From positions 1,302,001 through 1,366,000 of the forward strand of contig OZ251227.1 of NCBI GenBank assembly GCA_965240325.2: DNA of 64,000 bases, given 5' to 3'. Positions 10,201 through 21,949 of this stretch are shown one piece after another (within the stretch, counting starts at the first letter, position 1; each line of letters begins with the position of its first letter). The stretch comes from Rebecca billardiae RCC1528. Taxonomy: Eukaryota > Protista > Haptophyta. A model generated the notes under the pieces. It searched no databases. It saw nothing but the letters and a program-made list of their open reading frames with translations, and was not told where the DNA came from. Both the position numbers and the translations under genes were made by a program.

Positions 10201-13200
10201 CGCCGAGCCCGCCACCGTCGCCGCCGCCGAGCCCACCGCCCAGTCCCCCGCCGCGCCCGCCGCCCTCCCCGCCGCCACGCCCGCCGCCCTCCCCGCCGCC
10301 GAGCCCGCCGCCGTCGCCGCCGCCGAGCCCGCCGCCCAGTGCGCCGCCGAGCCCGCCACCGTCGCCCCCGCCGAGCCCGCCGCCCAGTCCCCCGCCGGGC
10401 GCGCCGCCCTTCCCGCCGCCGAGCACGCCGCCGAGCACGCCGCCCTCGCCACCGCCCTTCCCGCCGCCAAGCCCGCCACCAAGCCCGCCGCCCTTGCCGC
10501 CGCCGAGCCCCCCGCCCTCGCCGCCGCCGGCGTCGCCGCCGAGCCCGCCGCCCCTCCCACCGCCGAGCCCGCCGCCATCGCCTCCGCCACTACCGCCGCC
10601 GCCACCCCGCACGGAGCCCTTCCCGCCACCCTCGCCGCCTGCGCCGCCGCCCTCGCCGCCACCCGCGCCGCCGCCCGCGCCGCCACCCGCGCCGCCGCCC
10701 TCGCCGCCGCCCTCGCCGCCGCCCGCACCGCCGCCGAGCCCGCTGCCACCACCGCCGCCGAGCCCGCCGCCGAGCCCGCCGCCAAGCCCGCCACCTTCAC
10801 CGCCGCCGACTCCACCACCGAGCCCGCCGCCAAGCCCGCCACCTTCACCCCCGCCGACTCCGCCACCGAGCCCGCCGCCAAGCCCACCACCTTCACCGCC
10901 GCCGAATCCGCCACCGAGGCTGCCACCACCACCGCCACCGCCGCCGCCAAGTCCACCACCGAGCCCGCCACCTCCGCCGCCGCCGAACCCGCCGCCGAGC
11001 CCGCCACCGGCGCTGCCCCCGAGCCCACCGCCAAGCCCACCACCTTCGCCGCCGCCGACTCCGCCACCGAGCTCGCCACCGCCACCGCCGCCGACTCCGC
11101 CACCGAGCCCGCCACCTCAAACGCCGCCGACCCCGCCGCCGAGCCCTCCACCGGCGCTGCCCCCGAGCCCGCCGCCGAGCCCACCGCCGCCATCCCCGCC
11201 GCCGAGCCTGCCGCCGCCACCGCCGCCGAGCCCGCCTCCAGGACGGCCGCCTTCGCCCCCGCCCTTACCGCCGCCTTCGCTGCCGCCGATGCCGCCCTCG
11301 TCGCCGCCGCCCTCGTCGCCGCCGCCGATCGACCAGCCGCGCGTGCTGCGCGGCCAGCTGACGGTGGACACGACCGTGGGTGCGGTCGATGGCGCGGCGG
11401 AGGCGGCGGTGGCGGGCGCGATCGCGAGCGTGGGCGGCGTGCACCCCTCGCGCGTGCGCATCGACGGGTACGTGGCGGGCAGCGTCGTCTTCGACTTCTC
11501 CGTCGAGTTCGACGCGGAGCAGGCGGCGGACGCCTCGCGCGTGCTCGCGGCGCTGAGCGCGGACGCGGCGGTCTCAGAGCTGAGCTCGCAGCTCGAGTCG
11601 AGCGTCGGGACGGTGCTGGGCGTGGACGGGCTGGCGCTGACGGTGGCGCCCTCGCCGCCGCCCGGCTCGCCGCCGAGCGCGCCGCCGCGCTCGCCGCCCT
11701 CGCCACCACCGAGCCCTCCGCCCTCGCCGCCGCCGCCCTCGCCGCCGCCGCCGTCGCCGCCGCCCGCGCCACCGCCCTCGCCGCCTCCGAGCCCGCCACC
11801 CTCGCCGCCGCCGCCCTCGCCACCGCCGCCCTTGCCGCCGCCATTGCCGCCGCCCTCGCCGCCTCCTAGGGCGCCGCCGCAGCCGCCGCCCAGCCCGCCG
11901 CCCCGCCCACCGCCGACGCCGCCACCGATGCCTCCGCCGCGCGAGCCCCCATCCGCCCCGCCCCCGCCGCCGCCGCCGCTGTCTCCGCCTCCAGGCGCGC
12001 CGCCGACACCACCGCCGTCGCCCCCGCCCGCGCCTCCGCCGAGCCCTCCGCCTGCGCCGCCGCCATTGCTTCCACCGCTCTCGCCGCCCCCCGGGCCGCC
12101 ACCGCCGCCGTCGGTTCCGCCGCCAGCAGACCCGCCGGCGCCTCCACCCTCGCCGCAACCGAGCCCGCCGCCGAGCCCGCCGCCCAGACCGCCGCCAAGT
12201 CTGCCGCCGAGTCCGCCGCCGTCGTTGCCACCACCTTTGCGGCCGCCGCCCAGCCCGCCGCCAGCGCCACCGCCCTCGCCGCCTCCGTCCCCGCCACCCG
12301 CGCTGCCGCCGCCGCCCCCGCCCGCCTCGCCGCCCGCGCCGCCGCCGAGCCCGCCGCCGTCGCCGCCGCCGTCGCTCCCGCCATCTCCACCGCCGTCGCC
12401 TCGCCCTACGCCACCACCCTCGCCGCCTCCCGTGGCGCCGCCGCGGCCGCCACCATCACCGCCGCCCATGCCGCCACCCTCGCCGGAGCCGTCGATGCCG
12501 CCGGCGGCGCCGCCGCCGCCGCCACCCTCGCAGCCGCCTTCGTCGCCGCCGCCGCCGCCGCCCTCGCCGCCGCCGCCCTCGTCGCCGCCGCCGATCGACC
12601 AGCCGCGCGTGCTGCGCGGCCAGCTGACGGTGGACACGACCGTGGGCGCGGTCGATGGCGCGGCGGAGGCGGCGGTGGCGGGCGCGATCGCGAGCGTGGG
12701 CGGCGTGCACCCCTCGCGCGTGCGCATCGACGGGTACGTGGCGGGCAGCGTCGTCTTCGACTTCTCCGTCGAGTTCGGCGCGGAGCAGGCGGCGGACGCC
12801 TCGCGCGTGCTCGCGGCGCTGAGCGCGGACGCGGCGGTCTCAGAGCTGAGCTCGCAGCTCGAGTCGAGCGTCGGGACGGTGCTGGGCGTGGACGGGCTGG
12901 CGCTGACAGTGGCGCCCTCGCCGCCGCCCGGCTCGCCGCCGCTCCCGCCGCCGAGCCCGCCACCGCTCCCGCCGCCGCGGCCGCCGTCGCCGCCCTCGCC
13001 GCCGCCGTCGCCGCCGCCGCTGCCGCCCAACAAGCCACCCAGCCCACCCTCGCCGCCGCCGTCGCCGCCGCTGCCGCCGTCGCCGCCGCCGCCGTCGCCG
13101 CCGTCGCCGCCGGTGCCACCGTCGCCGCCGCCCTCGCCCGCGCCGCCGCCCTCACCGCCCTCGCCACCTCCGCCGCCGCCCTCGTCTCTGCACGCGCCGC

Positions 13201-16200
13201 GCGTGCGCTCGGTGCAGTTCGACGAGACGGCCACTCGGCTGCGCGTGCGCTTCGACCCGTGGCAGCGCACCAACCGCGCGGGCATGGCGGGCGTGCAGCC
13301 GTGCAGCCTGGTGCTCGACGCGCCCACGGTGGCGAGCGCGCGCGGCGACGGCACGAGTGCGCCCACTTGCTACTGGCTGGACGACGCCACCACGCTCGTG
13401 GTCAACCTCAACGTGCGCACCACCATCCGGCCCGGCTCGCGCGTCGGCGTGCGCGACAACGTGCTCGCGCCCGCCGCGTTCGGCGGCGCGTGCCCCCACG
13501 AGCTGTGCGCTGTGGGCGCGGAGGGCCTCGTCTCGACCGATGCGCCGTGCGGTGAGGCGGGCTGCCCCGCGCCCGTCGCCGCCATCAGCGCGCCCTCCAC
13601 CATCTCCGACTGCGACGGCGCGACGCTCGTCCTCGACGGCGCCGACTCGACCGGCGGCGGCATCGGCAGGCTGCGGTACCAGTGGGCCCTCGACGTCGAC
13701 GCCTCGTCCGCGGGCGCGGACGCGGTCGCCGAGCTGCTCGCGGGTGCGCCCGAGGACGCGTCACGGCTCGTGATCGGCGCGGCCACGCTCGGCGGCGCGA
13801 CCTCGCTCGTGCTACGGCTGGTGGTGGTCTCCGCCCTCGGCATCGGCTCCGAGCCCGCGTCGGCGGTGGTGAGCCGCTCGGGCCTCGGCCCCACGCCGAC
13901 GGTGCAGCTCGACGGCCCCTCCCACCTCGCGTACATCTCGTCCGCGCCCATCCAGCTCGCGGCGAGCGCGAGCCTTGCCTCGTGCTGGAGGGGCGAGTAC
14001 GCGGTCGACTTTTTGTGGAGCCACGTGGGCACGAGCGTGAGCGGCAGCGGGGAGGCCGCGACCGACGTGCCCACGCTGGCGCTCGGCGCGCTGGGCGGGC
14101 GCACCTCGCGGCTGCTGCTGCCCCCGGGCACGCTCTTCGCCGGCCGCACCTACCGCTTCGCCGTGCGCGCGTCGATGGCGGCGCAGCCCGCCGCGCGCTC
14201 GACCGAGCTCGTGAGTGTGCGCGTGCGGTACGACGCGCTCGTCGCGCGCATCGCCGGCGGCGACCGGCGCGTGAGCGCCGCCGGCGCGATCGCCCTCGAC
14301 GCGTCCGGCTCGTTCGACCCGTCGAGCGCGCCGCCGGCCGACGCCGTCTCGCTCTCGTACGCGTGGGAGCTGTGGGCGGCGCCCAACGGCACGGCGCTCG
14401 AGAGGGTGGCGCTGAGCGGTCTGGGCGCGGACGCGCGCTCGCTGCTGCTGCCGGCGGGCGCGCTGGCCGCGGGCGAGTACGAAGTGCGGCTCAGCCTCGC
14501 GTCCTCGGACGGCCGCGCCGCGGCGGCGAGCGCGCGGCTCGTCGTCGTCGCCTTCCCCACCGCCTCGCTCTCCTTCGCCCCCCTCGAGAAGGCGGTGTAC
14601 AACGCGGACGACAAGCTCGCGCTGCGCGCACTCTCGGTCGGGCTCGGCAGCGCCGACTCGTTGCTGGACGCGCTCGTCGCGGCGGGCGTGGCCGCGTCGG
14701 TGGAGGAGGCGCGCGCGCGCAACCTGAGCGCCGCGCACCTGCCGTGGGAGTACGCCTGGCGCGCGTACCCGCTGGCCGGCGCGGACGGCGCCTCGAGCGG
14801 CGCCGAGCTCGCGCTCGGCAGCGCGGCGGTCACGACGACGGGCGCGCACAAGACCAACCTGGCGGTGCGGCCTGGCACGCTCGTGCCGGGCGCGACGTAC
14901 GTGTTCGAGCTGACGGTGCAGGCGCCGCCCGCGGTGGGCGCGGAGACCGTCTCGCTGCAGCTCACGCTCAACCGCCCGCCGTACGGCGGCGGGCTGAGCC
15001 TCGCGCCCACGACCGGCGTGGCGACGAGCACGCGCTTCGAGCTGGGCGCGCTCGGCTGGGCGGACGAGCCTGAGCACCTGCCGCTCACGTTCGCGTTCAC
15101 GTATGCGCCCGCGGGCACGTCGGCGCCGGAGGAGCCGTCCGAGCTGGGCGCGGACGAGCGGCGGCTCACCGACGTGCTGCTCTCCTCGCGCGCCTCGGCG
15201 TACCTCCCCGCGGGCGAGCACAGCGTGCGCGTGCGCGTGAGTGACGTGCACGGCGCGCTCGCGCTCGCGCAGGCGTCGAGCTCGGCGGCGGTCGCGCCGC
15301 TCGAGCTGGACGAGCCGACGGTGGAGCAGGTGCTCGACGTGATCGACGTGGCGGCGGCGGTGGGCGAGACCGCCTCCGTGCACCAGCTCGTGCGCACGCT
15401 CGCCGCCGAGCTCGACAGCGTGGCGGCCGCGGGCAACGAGACGCTGGTGGGCGCGCTCTCGGCAGCGGACGCGCGCGCGGCCATGCTGCTGCAGCTCGAG
15501 GCAGCGGCCAACGCGACCGAGCCCACCGTCTCGGCGATCCGGCTGCAGGCCGAGTCGGCGCACGCGGTGCTCGCGAGCGACGGCGCGCTGGGGCAGCTCG
15601 GCGCGAGCGCGCAGCTCAGCGGCGCCGCGCTCATCCTCGGCCTCGCGCACGACTCGGCGGGCTCGGGCATCGACGACGTCTCGTCCACCCTCGTGCTCCA
15701 GGCCCTCTCCTCGCTGCTCGAGGCGAATGCGAGCGCGCTGAGCAGCGCGGGGGCGGTGGCGGAGCGCGACGAGCTCGTGGGCGAGGCGGCGCGCACGATC
15801 GCCACCTCGCTGCTCGTGGGCAACGTCGCGGGCGAGGCGGCGCGCGAGGCGCTGTCCGAGCTCGTCAACGTCTCGGCCGCGCGCGCGCTGCCCGCTGAGG
15901 TTGCATCTGGGGAGCTGTACGACGCGCCCGGCGGCGCGGCGGGCGGCGTGCGGCTCTCCACCGCCGCGCTGGTGGGCGTGGCGGTGGAGGAGGGCATCGA
16001 CGTGCTGCTCGTGCTCTTCTCGACCAACGTGCACGCCGCCGCACAGCTCGTCGCCGAGCTGGACGAGGGCGAGGGCGGCGGGTCGAACGGCACCAGCGGC
16101 GCCAACGGCACAGCCGCGGCGGCCGGCGCCGCGGCCGGCGCCGTGGGAGCGCTGGCCGAGCTCGAGGCGGGCTCGGTGCGCACGCCCGTGTTCTCCGTCA

Positions 16201-17808
16201 CGCTGGGCGCGGCGAGCTCGGCACAGGCCGCGTCGACCGAGCTCTCGATCGCCGGCCTGCCCGACGCCGAGCGCATCCTCATCCTCGTGCCCGCGCCGGA
16301 GACGCCGGCCGAGTGCGCGCCCACCTTCTTCGGGCCCTCGTGCGCGCTGCGCACCGAGTGCGCCTACTGGGAGGCGGAGGCGGCGAGCTGGGCGTCGGAG
16401 GGCTGCGAGACGGTGTACCACACCGACTCGGCGGACGTGCCGGCGGGCTCGCTCGGATGCCTCTGCTCGCACCTCACCGACTTCGCCGGGCTCGTCACGA
16501 TCCCGCAGAGCGCGGAGGAGGCGGAGGCGGACGCTGCGGGCGTGCGCTTCAACACGATCGGCACTGACCAGCTCGCGGCGCTCGCGGAGCCGCCCGACCT
16601 GGCCGCCAACCCGTGGGTGTACGCGCTCGTGTTCAGCATGGCGGGCGCCAACCTGCTCGCGCTGCTCCTCGGCGCGCTCGCCGACAAGCGCGCGCACCGG
16701 CACGGTGCCGCCAAGGTGGGCGCCGAGCCGGCGGCCGCCGCCGCCGCCGCCGCCTCGCAGAGCGCAGCGGCGGCCGCGCCGGGCGCCGGTCTCGCGCCCT
16801 CGGCCGGCGCGGGCGCGGCGGGCGAGGACGCGGTGCTGCGCTCGGCGGTCGCCGCGTTCGGCGGCGGCGGCGGCGCGCAGGGCGGCGGCGGGCGCGGCGC
16901 ACCGGCGGACGGCACGGCCGCCGCCGCCGCCGTCGCCGCCGGCTCCGCCGCCGCCGACGCGGGCGCGCTCGGCCCAAAGCGCGGCTCGGGCGGCCGCGTG
17001 CGCGAGGCGATGAACGAGCTGGCCGACAATGTGGAGCTGGCGCTGGACAAGATGGACGCCGCGTCGCGCGACGCGCACATGCAGGCCGCGCTCACCATCG
17101 AGCGATACGCGCGCGGGCGCATCCAGCGCCAGGCGGCGACTCGTCTGCGCGAGCTGCGCGAGGCCGCGCCCGCCGCCGCCGAGCTCGCGCTGCTCACTGA
17201 GCACCGCACGACCACCTTCATCCGCCAGCTGGGGCAGGCGATGACGTCGGAGCACACGGTGCTCGCCGTCTTCCTCGGCGACCCGGAGGAGGTGCACCGC
17301 GTCGAGTGCGTGCAGATCTTCTTCAACATGCTCGCGCTTGAGGCGCTGCTCGAGTGCATTCTCTTCTCCGACACGCCGTCCGCGGGCCCCAGCTCGATCG
17401 TGCAGCTCGTGCTCATCTCGCTGTTCGTGGCCGCGGTCGTCGCGCCCGCGCTCGTCGCGTTCAAGGCGGCGTTCGCGCTCGGGCACACCTCCAAGCCCAA
17501 GGTGCTCGACCGGCTCTTCAGGTCGCTCAAGACGCTGCAGGAGCTGCCCGCGCGCGCGAGCACGCCGGAGCCGTCCGCGCGCGCCTCGCGCGCGCGCGCG
17601 CGCGCCGGCTGGGACGACGCGCGGCGCGCGCAGCGCTCGGTGCCCGCGCTCGCGGGCGCGCTCAAGGCGCTCTCGCCCGCTGGCTCTCGGCGCTCGCTCG
17701 GCAGCGGCGCGTCGCGCGACCGGCTGGGCGGCGGCGGCAGCGATAGCGGCTCGGCGCGGCTGACCACGCCCATCTCGCCGCGCACGCCGCGCACGCCGCG
17801 CACGCCGC

Positions 17809-17839
<31 letters not shown>

Positions 17840-19182
17840 GGCGCCCCTCGCGATCGGCTCGCGCGTCGCGCCGCTCAAGGCCATCGCCCGGCTGCAGCCC
17901 GCTGTCGCCGCGCTGGGCGCGCTGGGCCCGGCGGCCGGCGCCGGCGCCGGCGCGGGCGGTGGCGACGAGGCGTTCGCGCGGCGGCCGCGCGCCGGCTCGG
18001 TCGAGCGGCCGCCCGCCAGGCTCGAGCCGTTGTCCAACGCGCCTCGGCTGCCGCCCGGCAGCTACAAGGCACCCGCCGCCGCGCCCGGCGCGCCGGCCGC
18101 GCGCGCCGCGCCCGCGCAGGCGTCGCCGAGAGCGCTCGCGCTGGTCACGCCAGCCGAGGGCGTGCGCGCGCGCGTCGAGCCGCCCAGCGCTCGGCCCGCG
18201 CCGCCGCCGACGGCGCCTCCGCCGGCCGAGGGCGCCGTGCGCTCGCGCCCGACGCTCGGCGAGGGCTCGGCCGAGTCGAGCCCGCCGCCCAGCCCGCCGC
18301 CGAGCCCGCCGCAGCAGCCGCGCGTGCGGCCGCCGCCGCCGGTGCAGACGCCCGCCGCCTCCGCCGGCGACGAGGCGCAGCCCGTGCTCCCGTCGCCGCG
18401 CTCGTCGGCGCCCTCCACCCCGCGCGAGGAGGCGGACGCGGACGTGCGCGTGCTGCGCCGCATCTTCAACCGCTTCGACGCAGACGGCTCGGGCACGATC
18501 GAGCCGGGAGAGCTCGACGCGCTGATGGCCGAGCTGGGCGAGCCGCTCGACAAGCTGCAGCTCGCGAGGCTGATGCGCCAGCTCGACCGCTCGCGCAACG
18601 GCCGCATCGACTTTGCCGAGCTCGAGGCGTGGTACCGCAAGCGGCGGGAGGTGCGTGCGCGCGCGGCGCGCGGCCCCGCCCTGCGCGCGCCGTCCGCGCG
18701 GCCCGGCCAGAATGCACCGGGCCGGCGCACTGGGCGGTGCGAGGCGCGCGCGCCGCGCGCGGGCGTGCACCCGGCGCTCACGCGCGCGCGCGCCGTCCGC
18801 GCCCCCGCGCCCTCGCCCGCAGGCCGAGCACAAGCGCCGGCTGCGCGCCGAGCGCTGGGCCAAGTACAAGCCGTCGACGCGCACGAGGCGCGCGCTCGCG
18901 TGGGCGTTCATGCTGCTCTCGTACGCCGTCTTCTCCGCGCTGATCGTCGTGTACGGCCTCTTCTTTGGCAACGCCAAGATGGAGCGGCTCGTGCAGTCGT
19001 GGGGGCTCGCGCTCGTGCAGACGTTTGGCGTCGAGGAGCCGCTGCTGATCACGCTCACGCAGCTCGTGCCCTACCTGATGGAGCGGCTCACCTCGAACGA
19101 GGCCTTCGCCCAGATCGTGCACGAGCTGCTCAGCACGGGCGTGGGCAAGGCCATCAGCTCGTGCTTCTCCATCTTCCGCTGA
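1212..19182 (+). CDS. Giant (~5,930 aa) polycystin-1/REJ-GPS-like membrane protein with TMEM132-like, cohesin-, dockerin- and SEA-like domains, Pro-rich repeats, IQ motif and EF-hands. Exons 1212-18650 and 18823-19182.
   Basis: ATG 1212 with signal peptide (MAARCGLMRALGCVLALPALTAG). REJ-type motifs LVLDGADSTG..LRYQW, IAGGDRRV..LDASGSFDP, NRPPYGG..P.TG..T.F..GW.D. GPS CAYW..WASEGC..CLCSHLTDF at 16359-16484. TM segments near 16612, 17300, 17395, 18890 and 18985. EF-hand loops DADGSGTIEPGE and DRSRNGRIDFAE. A phase-0 intron 18651-18822 (GAG|GTGCGT...CCCGCAG|GCC) restores the last two TM helices. Confidence 0.85.
2322..5310 (+). repeat. Coding Pro-rich (SPPP/APPP) low-complexity tract I, including a ~630-bp unit repeated about 2.5-3 times
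   Basis: CCG/TCG/AGC repeats. The RTEPF-encoding landmark recurs at 3731, 4361 and 4991 (630-bp spacing). Identical antisense ORFs at 3673-4053 and 4303-4683. Confidence 0.9.
9573..13185 (+). repeat. Coding Pro-rich tract II with two near-identical SEA-like domain copies (about 11328-11670 and 12594-12936)
   Basis: (PPSP)n-encoding DNA. IDQPRVLRGQ...GYVAGSVVFDFSVEF...LALTVAPSP occurs twice, 1266 bp apart, with one D/G change. Confidence 0.9.
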
Positions 19183-19427
19183 CGAGTGTCGGCTGACGAC
19201 AGCCTGAGCCAGTTCTTCCTTGAGCGCGGTGAGCCTGCCGCGCTGGAATCGTTCACGTTGCCAGCAGACGTTCACGAATCACGTTGGTCGACTCGGGGTC
19301 TCGGCCCGTCTCGGGCGTTATCACATCACAGATCACATTCGTTGGTTGGGGGCTGGCCAGGGTAGGGCTGGAGGCTTCGGCCGCCAGTCTGATCACCCGG
19401 AGCCCGTTATAAAGGGGACGAATTTAT

Positions 19428-21166
19428 GGCCCGCGGTGCAGGGCGGAGCGCGTAGCGTGGAGCCCCACCGGGGGCCCTCACTACGTTGTCAAAAAGATCT
19501 TATGATCAAAGAAAAGGGGGCGGGGGACGATTTTTAGGGTTGTTGGAGTAGGGTGAGTTTTCGATATTTTGAGGGGTACGGTACAATGCTGTCCATCCCA
19601 AGCTTAAAAGGCCGCGCCCGGGTCATTTCGCGTATGTCGTTGGACGGCCGTCACATTGTCAGTAAACGAATCTGCGCCATTGTGGTAATGCCCGGCCAGG
19701 TGCATCAGCGCATCCAGGACCGCCGCTGCCACGTGCTAACCAAGGTGGTGGGCAATAAGTTGCGTGCGCAAGACACTACGCGACCGTGTGCGAGCAAGGC
19801 GTGCCAAGATGATCGACACGGCGAAGCAGGTGGTGATCGAGGCGCTGAGCCTGATCATGGTGAGGCGCATCTTCTCGACCTGCCCGACGCGCAGACCACG
19901 CAGGCGTCGCTTCCGGGCGCGTGGGACTCGCGCACCAAGACGGTGTGGCGCGTGGACCCTGTCGCCAAGGCGGTCAACTCCGCCTGGCCGCTGGAGGTGG
20001 TCGCTCGCCGCGCCTGGCCAAGCTGGTGCACAAGGGGCCAGCTGATGGCGGCGGTGGTGCCACCGATGAAGCTGATCTTCGTGCAGCGCAAGGACGCGTC
20101 GGGCCCGTTCTCCCACGTGCTCAAGATCGTCTTCCGCGTCGCGACGATGAGCGTGGCGGCCCCTGACAACCTGCAGCTGCCGGCGTCGCTGCTCTGTGCG
20201 CGGCGCGCGCGCGCGCGTGCGCGCGCGACGGGCACGTGGCGCGCCGACCAGCCGTACGGCGCTGACTGTTGACGCACCTCGCGCATGCGCTACCCCGGCC
20301 GCGCCGCCGCCGCCGCCGCGCAGGCATGCTCTCGTAGGAGGAGACGGCGGAGCTGCGCGCACACATGGCCGCGCGCGGCTCTCGGTCGGACGGTCGGCGA
20401 TCACGGGCGCGCTGCCGGCCCGGCGCGCCGCTGAACGACGAGTAGGCCGCGCTGGAGGAGTACGTCCGCCGCCGCGCTCCGCCTGCGCGGGCAGCGCTCC
20501 GCCGCGCCCGACCCGCTGGCCGAGCAGCTGCGCAGCGACCGCGCCATCGCAGAGCAGCTGCAGCGCGAGGAGATGGCGGCACGCGCGGGCGGCGCGCCCG
20601 TGACGCTGCACTCGGCCGAGGTCGACGAGGACGCGCAGATGGCGCTGGCGCTGCTGCTCGTGTGCGAGGCGTGCGACCAGGACACACGCGCGCTGCGCAA
20701 CGCTGAGCGCCGGATCCGTTTTCGGCGCCGTAAGGTACGCAAGGCGCTGGCAGCGGAGCGCACCGGGGCGGCGGCGCATGCGCGCACGCGGCGCGCTCGC
20801 GGTCGATGCGCGGCAACTCCAACCGCCTCGGCAAGCGCACGCAGCGGGACGATGGCGGCGCCGCGGCGGCGGGTGCGATGAACAAATCGGACGAGCGCGC
20901 CAAGTCCCGACGCATCGCCAACGCCGCCAAGCTGTTCGAGGACATGGACGGCGACGAGATCGCGGCCGCGGCGCACGCGGCGGGCAAGCTGGACTGCCAA
21001 CTTGCGACGCGTCTCGCAGACTGCCACTGCCACTGGGCCTGGCCCATTATAAATCTTCATACGACATTGAGCAGCTACGACATTGAGCAGCCGAGCAGCC
21101 GACGGAGGGTGCACCGCGGGCCCCTAACTGCGTTGGTTCTACGGAAGGACCGCGGAACGCGGTCAT
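19428..21166 (+). mobile_element. Non-autonomous Helentron/Helitron2-like element, copy A
   Basis: 5' GGCCCGCGGTGCA (19428-19440) with inner inverted copy (19466-19476), 3' subterminal IR TGCACCGCGGGCC (21110-21122) and perfect hairpin GACCGCG-GAA-CGCGGTC (21148-21164). AT-rich flanks, no TSD seen. Both ends match copy B. Confidence 0.7.
19690..21040 (+). pseudogene. Degenerate coding fragments inside element A, with possible ubiquitin-binding MIU/UIM-like helices
   Basis: Coding-like stretches in shifting frames with an in-frame stop: KQVVIEALSLIMV, LIFVQRKDASGPFSHVLKIVFRV, LNDE*AALEEY, SDRAIAEQLQREE, DEDAQMALALL, AKLFEDMDGDEIAAA. Confidence 0.4.
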
Positions 21167-21707
21167 TATTATACTGCTAGCAGCTATTCTGACTTCAAGT
21201 AGTACAAGTATTAGTATCACTTATCACGCGTCGTCGTCCGTACGGCATTTTTTTCTGAGACAGCTGCGCGCGGACGACCACGGTAATAACCGTTATTTTA
21301 GGTTCGCCGCGGTCACGGTAGTGTCGGTAGTCGGTGGCAGCTGATGAATTATCGTATCGTTCTATCTACTAATAGTTAAATAAATAATATAGTCGTAAAT
21401 GATGATGATTATAATAATCGCGAGCCCCGCTCGCATTGGTTGTTCTGTAAGAACAAGCATGCGAGCGGAGCGAGTTTTCCGGTAGGACACGCGAAGTCCG
21501 GTGATTCTTACAAAGTTGATGGCCTTCCAATAGGTATCCCGAGGAATACAGTTTAGTCAGATCCCAATTGGGGCCAACGGTTTTTTCGTGCAATCTGTCA
21601 GCAGTCGACTCCCCCAGCTACGTCCGCGGTAACAGCAAGAAATGTGATGATGATGATGATTCAAGGGATGGAGTAGCTACTGTACGGTCAGGGGCTGCCT
21701 TGGTGCG

Positions 21708-21924
21708 GTACCGCTTACATGTGTACTGGGCACAAACTGATCAAGTTCTGAACCGATGATGAACCAAAAGGACCATCTTTGGATGAACAGCTTGCTGATG
21801 ACACACGGAAGCCGATGATGAATCATGGCAGTACCGCTTACATGTACTGGGCACCAACTGATCAAGTTCTGAACCGATGATGAACAGCTGCTGATGATGA
21901 ACACACGGAAGCCGATGAATCATG
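21708..21924. repeat. Two diverged tandem copies of a ~95-120-bp unit
   Basis: GTACCGCTTACATGT..ACTGGGCAC.AACTGATCAAGTTCTGAACCGATGATGAAC..ACACACGGAAGCCGATGA starts at about 21708 and 21831. Confidence 0.8.
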
Positions 21925-21949
21925 AAAGGCGAAAGCGACTAATAAGCGA

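Noticed and set aside
1283-19058. Very long alternate-frame and antisense ORFs (poly-Gly, poly-Ala, poly-Arg) over the giant gene
   Set aside because: Shadows of CCG-repeat, high-GC coding DNA that lacks stop codons. No independent motifs.
18651-19196. Read-through C-terminus of the 6033-aa ORF
   Set aside because: It runs through a canonical GT-AG intron. Splicing gives a hydrophobic TM4-5 exon instead.
19428-21122. Simple TIR/MITE (PIF-Harbinger-like) interpretation of element A
   Set aside because: Similarity between copies extends ~45 bp beyond the right IR to a hairpin, and there is no matching TSD.
21750-21875. Possible C/D-box snoRNAs (ATGATGA...CTGA)
   Set aside because: GAT repeats and CTGA are frequent in intergenic DNA here, the boxes lie in a degenerate tandem repeat, and I saw no convincing terminal stem or rRNA guide.
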